NCBI GenBank assembly: GCA_965178125.1
Contig: OZ237741.1
Span: forward strand, 620,001 to 684,000
Source of the DNA: Bilabrum cf. latius
Taxonomy: Eukaryota
Length of the DNA stretch: 64,000 bases
Direction: 5' to 3'
Shown: piece by piece, positions 1-11,703 of the stretch
How the letters are laid out: each line of letters starts with the position of its first letter
How positions within the stretch are numbered: position 1 is the stretch's first letter
Notes under the pieces: model-generated
Told to the model about the DNA's origin: nothing
The model's input: only the letters and a program-made list of their open reading frames with translations
Database searches by the model: none
Translations under genes and position numbers: made by a program

Positions 1-97
1 AACATTGCAGCGAAAGACCTTCCATAATACTTATAAGTATACTTACTACTATTAAAGCCTTGATTTCGTGTACAACTACCTCTCTTTGCTGTCGTAG

Positions 98-590
98 ATG
101 TCGCGAAGTGTCCTCCGGTCCGTCGCGAAGCTCGGCGGCATAAACCGGAACTATGCCAAGGTCGCACAAGGTACGCCTGGTGCAGGGCTCAGCAGGGTGC
201 CTAGTGGACAAATGGCTACGAAAGTAAAGCGCATCTAGCACTGCTTTCAACGGCTGGCCCGTAGGTCAGGCGGATCGGCGGCACGGAGAGCACAAGTTGC
301 CAGGCGAGCTCCAAGCTGCCAAGAACGGACCTTCCTTCGCATTATACGTGCTCTTACCACCTGCTCACCGCGCCAGATATAAGAGTGTGCTCAAACACTT
401 CCACTATCTACCCCAGAGCAGCGCTAGCAACAAGCCCCACCGCACGGCACTACGCTTAGCAGAGGCTGCAAGGCCGCCATGGTGCGAAAGTCAAGTGGTT
501 GGGAGTCGGTGGTACAGGAGGAACAAAGGAAGGCATGGGACTCGTGATGCACATAGAGCATGTGCACGTAATACAGCTTGGTGTGCGTGA
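98..590 (+). CDS. Putative small basic protein, about 132 aa, join(98..170,265..590)
   Basis: ATG at 98; GTACGC...CCGTAG intron 171..264 splices in frame into ORF 297..590, which ends in TGA. The R/S-rich N-terminus (MSRSVLRSVAK) resembles a mitochondrial presequence. No family recognised. Confidence 0.35.
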
Positions 591-901
591 AGCAATTGCT
601 GTGGAAGGGCACTGTTACGGACAGGCATGGCGTGGCTTGCGGCCCCCTGTGTGCGAGCGGTATCCAGCGATGGAGAGGGGTTCTTGACGGCACGATCCTA
701 TGGATTGGAGCGGAAGCCGAGGCAAATGAAAAACTCGCCGATACAATGATCGCCCCATGTCTACATGCAAGAAGTAGACACACGAATCACGTGCCTACAA
801 TCCCACTTGCATTGCTTGGGCTGCTGCCGACCCACACGTTGAGCGCCGACAGTGGACACCGACTACATGCATCCCACTCGCGCCCCTCCCGCGAGCTCTC
901 A

Positions 902-3900
902 TCACGGCATCCCCGTGTCGGCGTACAGCGCCGCGCGCACCGCAGTGGCAAGCGCCTGGTCCTCCGGCCACACACCCGCGGTTGTGCCGTGGTCGTACCC
1001 CTTGGCCTGGAAGTCCTCCAGCGACATGCCGCACTCGGACACCTTCCCGTCCTGCGTGTACACTTTGTTCCCTGACGTCACCACATACGCGTCGTGGGGC
1101 GGGCACGTGCCCTTGCCATAGTCGCCCGAGCTCGTCATAACTAGCGTGTTGTTCTGGTAGTGGTCCTCCTGTCCTGGCAGCTGGGGGCACACGCTGAAGC
1201 CGTGTCCAACGTATGCCGCAACGTTGCTGCGGAGACTCGAAACGGCAAGATGGGACAAGAAATTCACGGATCAAAGTGTGATAGGGCGAATGAGGGTACG
1301 ACGTGGCGAGGAGAGCAGTGGTACTGACTGCCCTGTACCCTACTCTCACTTGACGTGGTGGTTGGAGTGCCCTCCGAAGTCATTCTTCATCTCATTACCA
1401 GAGAGGTACAAGACGTTGTAGGTCGAGTTGAAGTTGTTCGAGCCTGCGAGCGGTGCTTCAGGGATGTCTGGGAAACAAAATGAACTCGATACAGGCCTAC
1501 AAAGGGAGGAAAAAGGCCTTGTGCAGGCTGCTCACCGTCATCGTTGTCGATACCCTCCTGCGAGTCGCAAGAGCAGGTGTAGGACACAAGGAGCAGATGA
1601 GGGCGCACACACGTTACGGGAACACTATACAGAATTAGAGCAAGCAGCAAGCAGCAGGCCAGCACGCTTTCCAATCACCCGACCAGTGCAGTGGCTCACT
1701 TGGACATTGTACTCCCCGAAGATGATGTTCTGGTACAGCTGGTCCCACTTCTTGATGCTGGTGGGTCTGCCGTCCTCTCCGATCCACTCCCAGACCTGGC
1801 GGTCCCAGCTGTTGAACGGGCTGCGAAAAATAGAACAAGGAAATGCACGGACGCACTACGATGCACGGCTGGATTGCGATACGCGGTGGCCATGCACATG
1901 CAATCTAAGCAATTGGCATCGATGGTAGCCGTGGGCGTATCAGTGCGTCGCTCACCCGTGATCACTCGTTTCGCGAACCGAGGCAAACATGATGTTCCTC
2001 GACAGCAGGTGCCCACCGTAGAAGCCGTCGTTTTCATTAATGTGGGCTCTGGGCCCCATGAATGCGATATTTCGATCGATGATGTTCTCGGCAGACTTGG
2101 CAAAGAACAGGAACGAAGACTACTTCTCCCAGATCCCGAAGTGACGTGCGTAATTCGACGCGATCTTGGTACCCTTCGGGTAGTTGCCTGCTGTCGCGTC
2201 GGGACCCATGCCCGGAACACCAGCGCCATCCGAGTCTCCCCACAGCGCCACGCACGTGTCCCCCACCCACTCGAACTCGTTGTTGGTCACCTACGCCCCG
2301 CGAGCATACCCCGCGATCATGACGCCGTTCCCGTCGATCCGCGTGAACCTGCAGCTGTCCACCACAAAGTTCTCGGTGCCTTCCACATGGATGGCGCCCA
2401 GCCGCTCGAGACCCCAGTCTCCTCCTGAAGGCATGCCGTGGGGGTCCATGTACGTGTAGGCAGTGTCGCGGAATTCAATGCCACGGATGGTCACGTCCTT
2501 GAGGGGGTTGCTTTGTGAGGCGTTGGCGACGATGAGCTGCTTCACCAGTGTCGCCACGATAGCGCTGGACGCGCCCGGGCTCACGGGAGAGGACGGTGGG
2601 GGCGTCCCGCTGCTCTCGTTGTACCAGAGGTAGAGCTCCTGCGAGTCCTGGTCAAAGTACCACTCGCCGGGGGCATCGAGCTCCTCAAAGACGTTCTCAA
2701 TGTACATCTCGTCCCCCGAACTAGCTCCCCTGCGAAATGCTAACAAAGACGCAGCTCGTGCTTACGCGCGGGTAAGGAATGGTGATGAGACCCATATAGA
2801 GCTGGGTCAACGGGATCATCTTGAACAGGTTTTCGAAGCGGCCATACAAGCAACAAGGCGTCCTAGCAAGCAACACAAGCTCTGCGCGCACAGTTCGCTC
2901 ACCTGGCGCCCTGGAAGCCCCCCTTGGTAAAGTTGAAGGTGCCCGTGGTGGCATCGTACGATCCCACCTCGAACATCCACGACGCCCAATGGGCTGGGCG
3001 CATCGCCTGCACGACTGCGCCCGCGGCATTCTTGTAAGGCGAGTTGGGCAGCACGCTCTGGTCCGCCACCATGCTTGCCGGGACATGATAGGTGTACGCA
3101 CCGCCACCTGCGCAAAGAGCGAAATTGGACGGTCCTGGTGGGCATGCAGACTGAGCCGTCACCAACTCGAAGAAAACAAGCCGTGTAGCAGCGCAATGGC
3201 AGTAGGTTCAGCGTGTCCTGCAGGCGCCGGTCTCTCTCACCAGACGTGCGATTCCCGCACCAGTATCCAGCTGCGAGATAGCAAGGGAGAGTGAAGGGGT
3301 GTCAGGCCCTCACGGCACGTGCATGCGTCCATATGGTAAGCGGTGCCTATCGTGGCAGTGTGTGAGAATACGCCATGGCTGCAGTTATTGAGGTCGATTC
3401 TACTGCCGTGACTCACCTGGCGGCTGAAAGTGCTCGCAGCATCCGCCGACCCCGAGCTGAAAGGTCTGGAACGAATCGGAAGTGTTGCGGAACGGTGTTG
3501 GGGGATTTATCTCGACGGCTGGCTCCTTGGGGGTGTTCTGAGGTCCCCAGGACTTGGCTTTGAGGCTGGAGCCGAAGCCGTCGATCTCGGGGTTGGCGTT
3601 TGGGTACCTGGCGCGGATGGCACGTCCGCCGTCCACGCGTAGCCCCAAGATACCCTGCTTCTGAAGGGTAGCGGACGATACCTTGGCCTTCCAGATGTTC
3701 GGAGCGTACAAGTGCCGCCCCGACACGTGACCCTCTTGTTCCTGGGTGTCGTAGAGCCCGTCAAACCGGAACACGCAGTCGTAAGCGTACGACCCCTGGT
3801 TCTTGTCGTGCCACGTGAAGACGTTGCAGCCGCCCCCGGCAGTGAAGTTGGCCTTGCACGCGGCCAGGCAGGCCTGCCATGTGGTTTGCGTGCTGTTGAC

Positions 3901-4733
3901 CACCACCTTCCCGGGCGTGGGGCGGAACGAGTAGACTGCGTTGGTGTCCTGCTGTACCGGCCATGAGTCAACCTTGGAGGTGTTGTAGGGCTACCACTGG
4001 AGGCCATCGAGGGGGACGCCCCCGGAAACGATGGCCTTTTCGCCGTTGTAGTTCTGGATGGTAAGCCCAGAGTCCTCCGGGGTGAGCTCGAGGGTCTCCT
4101 GGGGGTAGAAGGTGCCCTCCCTCAGAATCACCGCCGCGGGGTTGGCAGCACCCGGTGCCTTGGACCGAGCGATCGAGACGGCCTTTGAAAGGGTCGCGAC
4201 TGGACTGAAAATCGTACCGGCGTTGGAGTCAGAGCCGTGGGCAGGATCGGCGAATACTTCGACTCTCGCACCCTCGACCGTCGGAAGTACGGCGGGGTGC
4301 CGCCGACCAGCCGGTGCGACTCCCACTGCATCTGCAGACACGTTGCAGCCCGAGGCAATGGCGTCTGGAGTGCCGTTTCTGCGGATATATAGTAGACATA
4401 GTTGGGATTGCGCAGCATGGTTTGGACATCGATCGGTGCGTATGCCGGACGCCAGATGACCATGGACTCATCCTCACAGCACGTCTGCCATATGTTGCAA
4501 CTGCTCTGCATCAATATTTGGCTGGGTGTGTTTTGCGTACTCGAGGACTATCTGCGTGTCAAAGGGATCCTGGACCGGGCTATAGTGTTGCAACTAGATC
4601 TGCCACATTTCGTGCAAATTGACACATCAAGTAGCGTACTTACGCCTCTCATAATACAATCGAATGACTTCTAGTCAGCATATGCTACGTTTACTGCTGC
4701 AGCTGCACAGGCAGCTACAAAAACGGTACGCAT
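902..4733 (-). CDS. Secreted right-handed parallel beta-helix (pectin-lyase-fold) protein with a PAN/apple-like Cys module, about 898 aa, 10 exons
   Basis: Exons 4733-4644, 4551-4478, 4378-3417, 3270-3241, 3107-2903, 2729-1956, 1820-1700, 1557-1536, 1443-1350, 1226-902; all introns GT-AG and phase-consistent. Signal peptide MRTVFVAACAAAAVNVAYA. Motifs VILREGTFY, RARYPN, YIENVFEELDAPGEWY, GIWEKQSS, GPFNSWDR, IDNDDGS. In-frame TAG at 4671, 3991, 2291, 2120. Ends TGA. Confidence 0.85.
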
Positions 4734-5230
4734 CTGTGTGGTTCAGTCGAAAAGATCAATGGGAGCGCATAGCGCAGTCATGAGGCAATATACAGTGAGC
4801 GCCCATAAATTTGCATTAGAACATATAGATTCTATGCGCCTGGGTCTCACTATTGCACAGATGCCCCGAATTCAGAGCGGAAAGCGGCCGTAGTACGCCG
4901 CAGCGGCGTGCGACAGCAGCGTCTCAATTATTGTGTTTGTAGCGTGGTTTTAGAGCAACGGACTCACTGGCGGTATTATGCACAAAAGGTGGCCACAACT
5001 GAGTGTTACCGAGCAGGGGGCGGATTGCCGCGTGCCTGCAACTGTGGCACCACTGGTGGCACTGGCTCCACGTATCCCTCCCCATCTGTAGGAGGTTCGG
5101 GCGGGGCTGGCAGAGCTGGTCAGGGGCCTGGTGCGAGTGGCCAATGATCCACCGATCGATCGGCTGGCTGTATGTACAGTCCACTGGCCCGCCCTCGGTG
5201 CCACACAATGCAAGCAACCACCGTGACGTG

Positions 5231-5400
5231 CACCACAGGAGCACTGTGGCACAGCATGGAGACTCCTTCGAGCACCACAGGAGCACTGTGGCACAGCATG
5301 GAGACTCCCTCGAGCACCACAGGAGCACTGTGGCACAGCATGGAGACTCCCTCGAGCACCACAGGAGCACTGTGGCACAGCATGGAGACTCCCTCGAGCA
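5231..5400. repeat. Minisatellite, 4 copies of a 42-bp unit
   Basis: Unit CACCACAGGAGCACTGTGGCACAGCATGGAGACTCC(C/T)TCGAG starts at 5231, 5273, 5315 and 5357, with no spacers. Confidence 0.95.
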
Positions 5401-5580
5401 TGACAGGCCCACGGCTAGCAGAGGAACATGGTCATCCCATCCGAGGCCGCGGCAAACTGTGGCGACCCCTCCTTGCAGGCCACCTGTTTGTGCCCCTCTC
5501 CCTTTGCATCCCAGGGATCGAGCCACTGGCAACTATTCGACATCCGGCCCGCCAATGCTGGCCTGGTCTGGTCTGGAGCC

Positions 5581-6805
5581 TCATGTCCCAGTGGTACCCC
5601 CTTCTAGAGCACTTCTGGTGTCACCAGGAGCAGCGCCTGGCCCATCATCACCACTCGCTGCAGCACCACCCGCCGGCGGCCCAGTGGCAGCAGCCTCCTC
5701 CAGGCCCCCCTTGCTCCGTGCAAGGGGCACGGTCGGCGCCTTGACCTCCTCCAGGCTTCGCTCTAGCCTCGCCCTCATGGCCCGCATGCGCTCTTCGTGC
5801 CCCAGCCGAATCTCATCTATGCGGGCCTTGCTGCGGTCCACGGCGGTCGCCGCAATGCCGTGCACCCTTCGAGCCACATCGCCCGCCAGATCGCTCGCCG
5901 TCCGCTCGTGCTGCTCTGCGAGCGCTCGCATCCTCCTGGAGTAGGCCTTGTCGGCATCGCGGCGGGTGTCCCGGGCTTGGGCGGCAGCCCCTGCTGCCAT
6001 GGGGATATCACCAGCTTCGAAGGCTGCGCTGGTATCACCGGGCGATTCTCCGCTTCCCGCACCGCTGGATGGCCCAGCGGCCCTTGCCCGAGGGCTTGCC
6101 TCGTCCTCATCGTGCTTGCTCTCACCTGCGCCTTGTGCTTGCGTGGTTTCGTCTGGGGCATCATCATTCAGTCCTCGGCCTTCAAAAGACACCAGCTCTG
6201 GCAACGCACCCGCGATCTCTGGTGGGCAAGCCGGGTATTTCGCCCCTCCGAGATCACCGACGCACGGGTTGTCCCGCAACCAGAGGTGCCGAAGGTGATC
6301 TTTGGGCAGAAACTATAACATGCCCTCAGTTGAATCGATCTTGTTGCTCTAGAGATCCAGTGCTTCCAGTGGAAGTGTCTCCAAACCTTTCAAATCTGGC
6401 ACTTGCAGCCGATTGTGAGACAGCATGAGCAGCCTTAGGCCTCGGATTGGTGCTAGTCTGGCCCCTATTGGCTCGCTGATAGAATTATGCTACAAATACA
6501 ACTCCTACACTGCGGTGAATTGTGCCAGATTTTGTCCAGCAGAACGGAAGCCTCAGTTTTCTAGACATGAATCGAGTGCTTTACAGTAGGGTCGGCACAA
6601 GGACTGACTCACGCCTATCAAACGGCTCCAAAGTGTCGGATACGCATGTGATTCCCAACCAACTCAGATTGAGCTCCTTAGCCTGCACCAATGCATCGGC
6701 CTGCTCTTCCAATGGGATGCTGCCAGCCCCACCATCCAGATTCTGCAACCACGCCTCGCGCACCATTCCGAACGTTAGGCGCTTGTCGTGCTCAGTACCT
6801 GCCAT
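5581..6805 (-). CDS. Leucine-rich repeat protein (SDS22/LRRC46-like) with C-terminal coiled coil, about 373 aa, exons 6805-6613 and 6509-5581
   Basis: LRR units ELNLSWLGI, LQELYLQHNSI, LRLLMLSHNRL, LEALDLQSNKI and cap LRHLWLRDNPC. Four in-frame TAG (6505, 6490, 6349, 6313). Intron GTGAGT...CCGCAG. Ends TGA. Confidence 0.8.
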
Positions 6806-7042
6806 ATTTACAAAAAAAAAGTACCACAGAAGCTAAGTAAAGAAACTCGAATTGGAAAATGCAATTGCGCCCAACGTGCAGCAGCTTTGACAGCGGTTGC
6901 AACCCTGGCCTCCCAACAACTCTGGGCATCCCTCCGATGCCAGCGAAGCTGAGCCAGCAGTGGCAAACTCCGGTCCAGCGTGTGACACGAAGCATGGGGC
7001 GCGGTAATAACGGGACGGCTCCGGAGCCAGCTCGAACCGAGA

Positions 7043-10000
7043 TCACGAGCTCGGCTCCGCGGCACCCGCGTCCTCCCCAGCCGCAGCCGCCTCCTCGCCA
7101 CCATTTGCCTCGCCCTCCGCCTTCTCTTCCTCATCGCCCTTCGCGGCAGCTGCCGGAGCCTCCTCGCTCGCCCCGGCATCACCCTCGGCCCCTGCCGATG
7201 CAGCAGGATCCGCCGCAGCGGCTGCGGCCCCCTCCTCGGCAGCAGCCACCGCCGGTGCTGCCTCCTCCCCGCCCGCCGGTGCCGCACTCGCACCTGTCTC
7301 TGCCTCGGCACCCGCGCCAGCCTCGGCTGCATCAGCCACAACTTCAGGCTCCTTGGGTGCAGCAGCACCCTCCCCTTCTCCTCCACCCACTGCCTCCCCC
7401 TCCCCCGCTCCCGCTCCCGCTTCCTCCCCGCCCTGGGCATCCATGCCCTGCGAGTCGCCCATCACGTGCGCAGCTCCGGCCTGGGCCAGAGCCTCGAACT
7501 TGGCCTGCGCCGCTTCCGGGTCCAGCACCCTCAGCACGTCCACCAGCAAGATGTCGGCCTGGGTGGTCAAAGGCGCGTTAACGGTCATCTTGATGGCGCT
7601 GTCGCCCTCGCGGATGAGGGCGGCGGTGACGTGGAGCCCGTCATAGGTCCGGCCGTACAGCAGCACGGCCTTGTCGGTGGCCTGCACGGCGGAGCAGCGC
7701 ATCACGGAGGCGACCTTCTTGAAGAGGTCACTGGGGTCCGAACCCTCTCCCGCGGCGACCGTGTGCGCCGCCACCTTCATGTGCTTGGCGGCCTCGCTCT
7801 TCATGATGGCCTTGTAGCCGGATTTGCTGAGCTTGATGGGCACCAGGATGGACGCGCTGGGCACGTGGGTCACGCAGTCCGCCGTCACCACGTCATCGCT
7901 CTTCGCCACCTTGTAGGCAATGCGGGTGGGCATGGCCAAAGAAGCAGAGCTGTGGTGCAGCGACACGGGGATGGACAGACGCTGCGGGGACGGCTTGCTC
8001 TCTCCCTTCTTGAGCTTGAGGTTGGTGGCGAGCCGCAGGCAGTCGCCGTCCGCCCCCATCGCCAGCCCCTCGATGAGCAGCGGGCCCATCATGGCGATGT
8101 CCACGTACTCAACCTTGCTCTTCTTCTTCTTGAGAGATACCTTGAGCGCCAGCTGGGCCTGGGCACCCGTGGGTGTGTCCGAGGCTGCTGTCTCGCCCGC
8201 TGCCACGCTGGCCTCAGCGGGGGGAGCGGCCGTGCTGGGCGGTACTACAATGTACTGCACCTTGATGATCTTGTCCTCGTGGAGGGTGAACACGTGGGGG
8301 GCAGCGAACGGTGAAGTGGCCTCTTCGGGGGCCTTGGGCTCCTCCGACGCAGCGGCCGGGGCGGCAGCTTCGGGCTCAGCAGGCGCAGGCGCACCGGCAC
8401 CGGAGGCAGGCTCAGACTCCTTGGACTTGGACTTGTCCTTCTTATCCTTCTTGTTCTTCTTGTCCTTGGAGCTCTTCTTGCTGCTCTTCTTGTGCTTCTT
8501 GTTTTTCTTGCTGGACCTCTCGGTGCGGTGGGTGCGCACGGGAAGTGCCTCGCCGGGCGCGAGCGGTTTGGTGATGTCCACCTTGGACAGCTCGTCCTCG
8601 GACTCAGGCTCGTCCTCGGAGTCCTCCGCTCCCGCGGGCATGCCCTCGTCGTCCTCCACGACCATGGCCTTGCTCTTGCCCTTGCGCCTGCGAGAGCCCC
8701 GCAGGTCCTTGAGGTCGCCAAAGATGGAGGTGGTGCCTCCGCTCACTGAGCCGAGCTCACCGGGCTTGAGGTCAGCCACTGGGATGTCGTCGTCATCGCC
8801 AGCGCCGCTGGCAGCTCCAGGGAACTCGAGGTCGTCCTCCTCACCCAGCATGAAGGGGTGCCTAGAGTCGCGCCCCTTCTTCCCCTTTTTGCCCTTGCCC
8901 TTCTTCCCGCCCTTGTCCTTCTTGCCGCCCTTGTCCTCGGCGTCGTCTCCACGAAGATCGTCCCACAGCTTGTCATCGTCCTCGTCCCCGCCAAAGCCAC
9001 CCCCCATGGCGACCGCACCGCCACCGGCGGCCTCGCTGCGCCCGGCCCCGTCCTCGTCGGCCATGCCGTACGAATCCTCGAACGAGATGCCTACGTACTT
9101 GAAGCCCTTGTCCTCCTCCTCCAAGTGCCCCCTCTCCTCCTCGTTGATCCAAGCGTCCAGGTCGAGGCCCTCCGGCACCGGCACCTTCCTCTGCGCCTTG
9201 GCCGCCACCGGCTTGAGAGGGTCCTCGAACAGCACCTCGAGGCCACGGGCAAGACGGATGGGCGTGGCTGGCTCGATCTCGTCCTCCTCCTTGGTCTCCT
9301 CGGCAGCGCCAGATGCGTCGCCTCCACCGGCGAGAGCCAGCAGCTCGGCCTCCTCCGCCTCCTTCTTGGCTGCCTCACTCTCGGGAGTTGGCAGCGGCTC
9401 GAACTTGACGCCCAGGCTGGCGAGCAGAGCCTGCGTGGTGGCGGCGCGCTCCTGCACCTCCACGTTCACGGACTGAGCAAAGGGGTTCAGGTGCTCTGCC
9501 AGCAGCTTGGCGGCGGCGCACACGGGCGCCTCCTCCTCACCGCCCTCGCCGGCGTCCACGGCCGCCTTTGCCATGGCCGCGGTGAGCTTCAGCGAGGTCA
9601 TGACGAACGCACCCTGCACCTTCTCGGGCAAAGACAGGGCGGCGGGCCGCATCATCGCGTCCAGGACGCCCATGTGAGCCCCCTCGTCGACCAGGTCGGC
9701 GTACTCCCCCACGATCCAGGCCGCCGAGAAGAGCACCCTGGGCAGTAGCTGCCTGGCGGCATCACCGCCGGCCAGCGAAGCGTCCCAGTTGCCGAGGAGG
9801 GGCAGGAGCGCCCTCACGGTGAAATCCCGCACAGCGGGCACGCGCACGGCCACGTTGACCAGCTGGTCCGCGATGAGCTCGCCGTGCTTGGTGCCCTCCA
9901 GCTGGGCCAGCCGCACCAGCACAGAGACGTACCAGGTGAAATCGGCGAGGAAGGCGTACTTGTCCCTGGCGCACATAAAGATGATCTTCTCCACTAATGC

Positions 10001-11554
10001 GTCCCTGTAGTGCCCCTCAGCGCCCTCCACGTACTCGAGAAGCTTCCGCACGATGTCGGGGAGGTTGCGCTTGGTGACCATGCCGCTGATCAGCTCCAGG
10101 GCCCGCAGGCGGATCGTCACGTCCTCATCGTCCAGGCACTCCAGCACCAGATCCCTGTGCTCTGCCACCACGCGTGCGTTGGAGACCATTAGGTTGCTGA
10201 GGCCCACCAGGCCAAGGTACTTGAGGTTCTGGTCGGGGTCGCGGATGAACTCGCGGAGCTTGTCGGTGCACAGGCGGATCACGGCGGGCGCGTTCTTGGC
10301 GTCGCTTCCGTCCGACCTCCTGGTGAACTGCAGGCAGACCGTGATGGCGTAGATGCACTCGTACATGAGGCTCTTGGCGGCAGTAGTCGCGACCTTGTTG
10401 GCCAGTGGCTCGAGGAGCTTGCGGGCCAGCCGGGGCTCCTCCCTGACCAGTGCGCTCATCAGCTTGGTGACCTTGATGAGCATCCAGTTGTTGTGGGAGG
10501 TGGTCAGGATCTTGAACAGGTCGGGGGCCAGGGGGAGGTAGTTCTTGGGACGCTTCCGCGCGAGCTCGCAGATCACGTTGACGGCGCATGAGACCACCGC
10601 CGGGTCCTCGTCCCCAAGCCTGCGCTTGAGGCTGTCAAAGGTCAGGCGCAGGCCCTGGGGGTACTGCGTGTACAGCTTGTACAGGACCAGGGTTGACTTC
10701 TTCCTGATGTATGGCCTGGAGGAGGTGAGCATCTTCTCGATGGTGGGGAGCAGGTCCCTTGCCAGGTCTGGCGTGGCGATGTTGGCGAGCGTGTTGACGG
10801 CTTGCCCGATCACGAACTGGTTCGGGTGCCCGAAATCGCGAGCGAGCAGCGCAGTACACAAGATGTTCACCTCGGTCTTCGGCGTGAACGTTTGGGAAGC
10901 CATCAGCGCCGCAGCTCGCTTCAGGGCAAACCGTTCCTGCGACGCACAAGATCATTGGTTCAGAGAGATCATCCGACAGTATTGCATTTGCACGCAGCAA
11001 TTGGGACTCTCGAACAGGAACAAATCACAGTGATTATGGACACCCCTTCAATACGAATCTGTAAGCACCAACATGATCAAGCTGGCAGCTTGAGCAAACG
11101 TACGATCGAAGCTGACGCGCGCGATTTGCATCCCCACGAATATGCGGCGACACCCTTGCAGCATGGAGCCCAATTAAACATATTTCAAAGACGACGCATA
11201 ACCGGTCATGCACTTAACCATCGGTACTCCGTGGTGCCGGTGGATCTGACGACTTGCACATGCACACGTCGTTGCGGCAACAAAGATCTCTGCCGTGCTG
11301 GCACTCACCTGGGGCATCACTTCGGTAACGTGAAAAGCAGCCCAAGATACATCTTCTCCAAGCATGTGCAGGTACGTCAACTTCTAGAGTGCGACACCTT
11401 TGGTGTGGATGTCTCGACCTCGCAGCTCGTCCTTGATCTCGGCCATGCACTTCTGGATGAATTCTTGCTCATTTCCACCGGCACTTCGGATTCCGCGAAC
11501 CATGTCTTTAAGTGAGCGCTTGAACAGCCCCAATGCCGCCATTGGGCTTGCCAT
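7043..11554 (-). CDS. AP3D1: AP-3 complex subunit delta, about 1379 aa, exons 11554-11309 and 10936-7043
   Basis: Adaptin-N motifs LFKRSLKDMVRGIR, KLTYLHMLG, WAAFHVTEVM, NNWMLIKVTKL, DPDQNLKYLGL, VEVQERA, LKPVAAKAQRKVPVPEGLDLDAWIN. One in-frame TAG at 11384. Ends TGA. Confidence 0.95.
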
Positions 11555-11703
11555 AGCTTCACAAAGCTAGCTTGATTTTGGCAAGAAGCCAGGAAACTGA
11601 GTATTTTGTTCTGTAGCGTGTGGATTGGAAGCGCTCGTCACACCAACATTCGAGAGTAGATTTTAATGAGCGCACAGAGACAACTCCCATTGCCACGCCA
11701 GTG

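Noticed and set aside
5231-5400. CRISPR array
   Set aside because: The units are contiguous with no unique spacers, there are no cas genes, and the context is eukaryotic.
7466-9748. Long antisense or alternative-frame ORFs (e.g. 7920..9476 +; likewise 14625..16232 -, 30964..32202 -, 42786..44042 -)
   Set aside because: These are shadow ORFs of GC-rich coding sequence on the opposite strand and contain no recognisable motifs.
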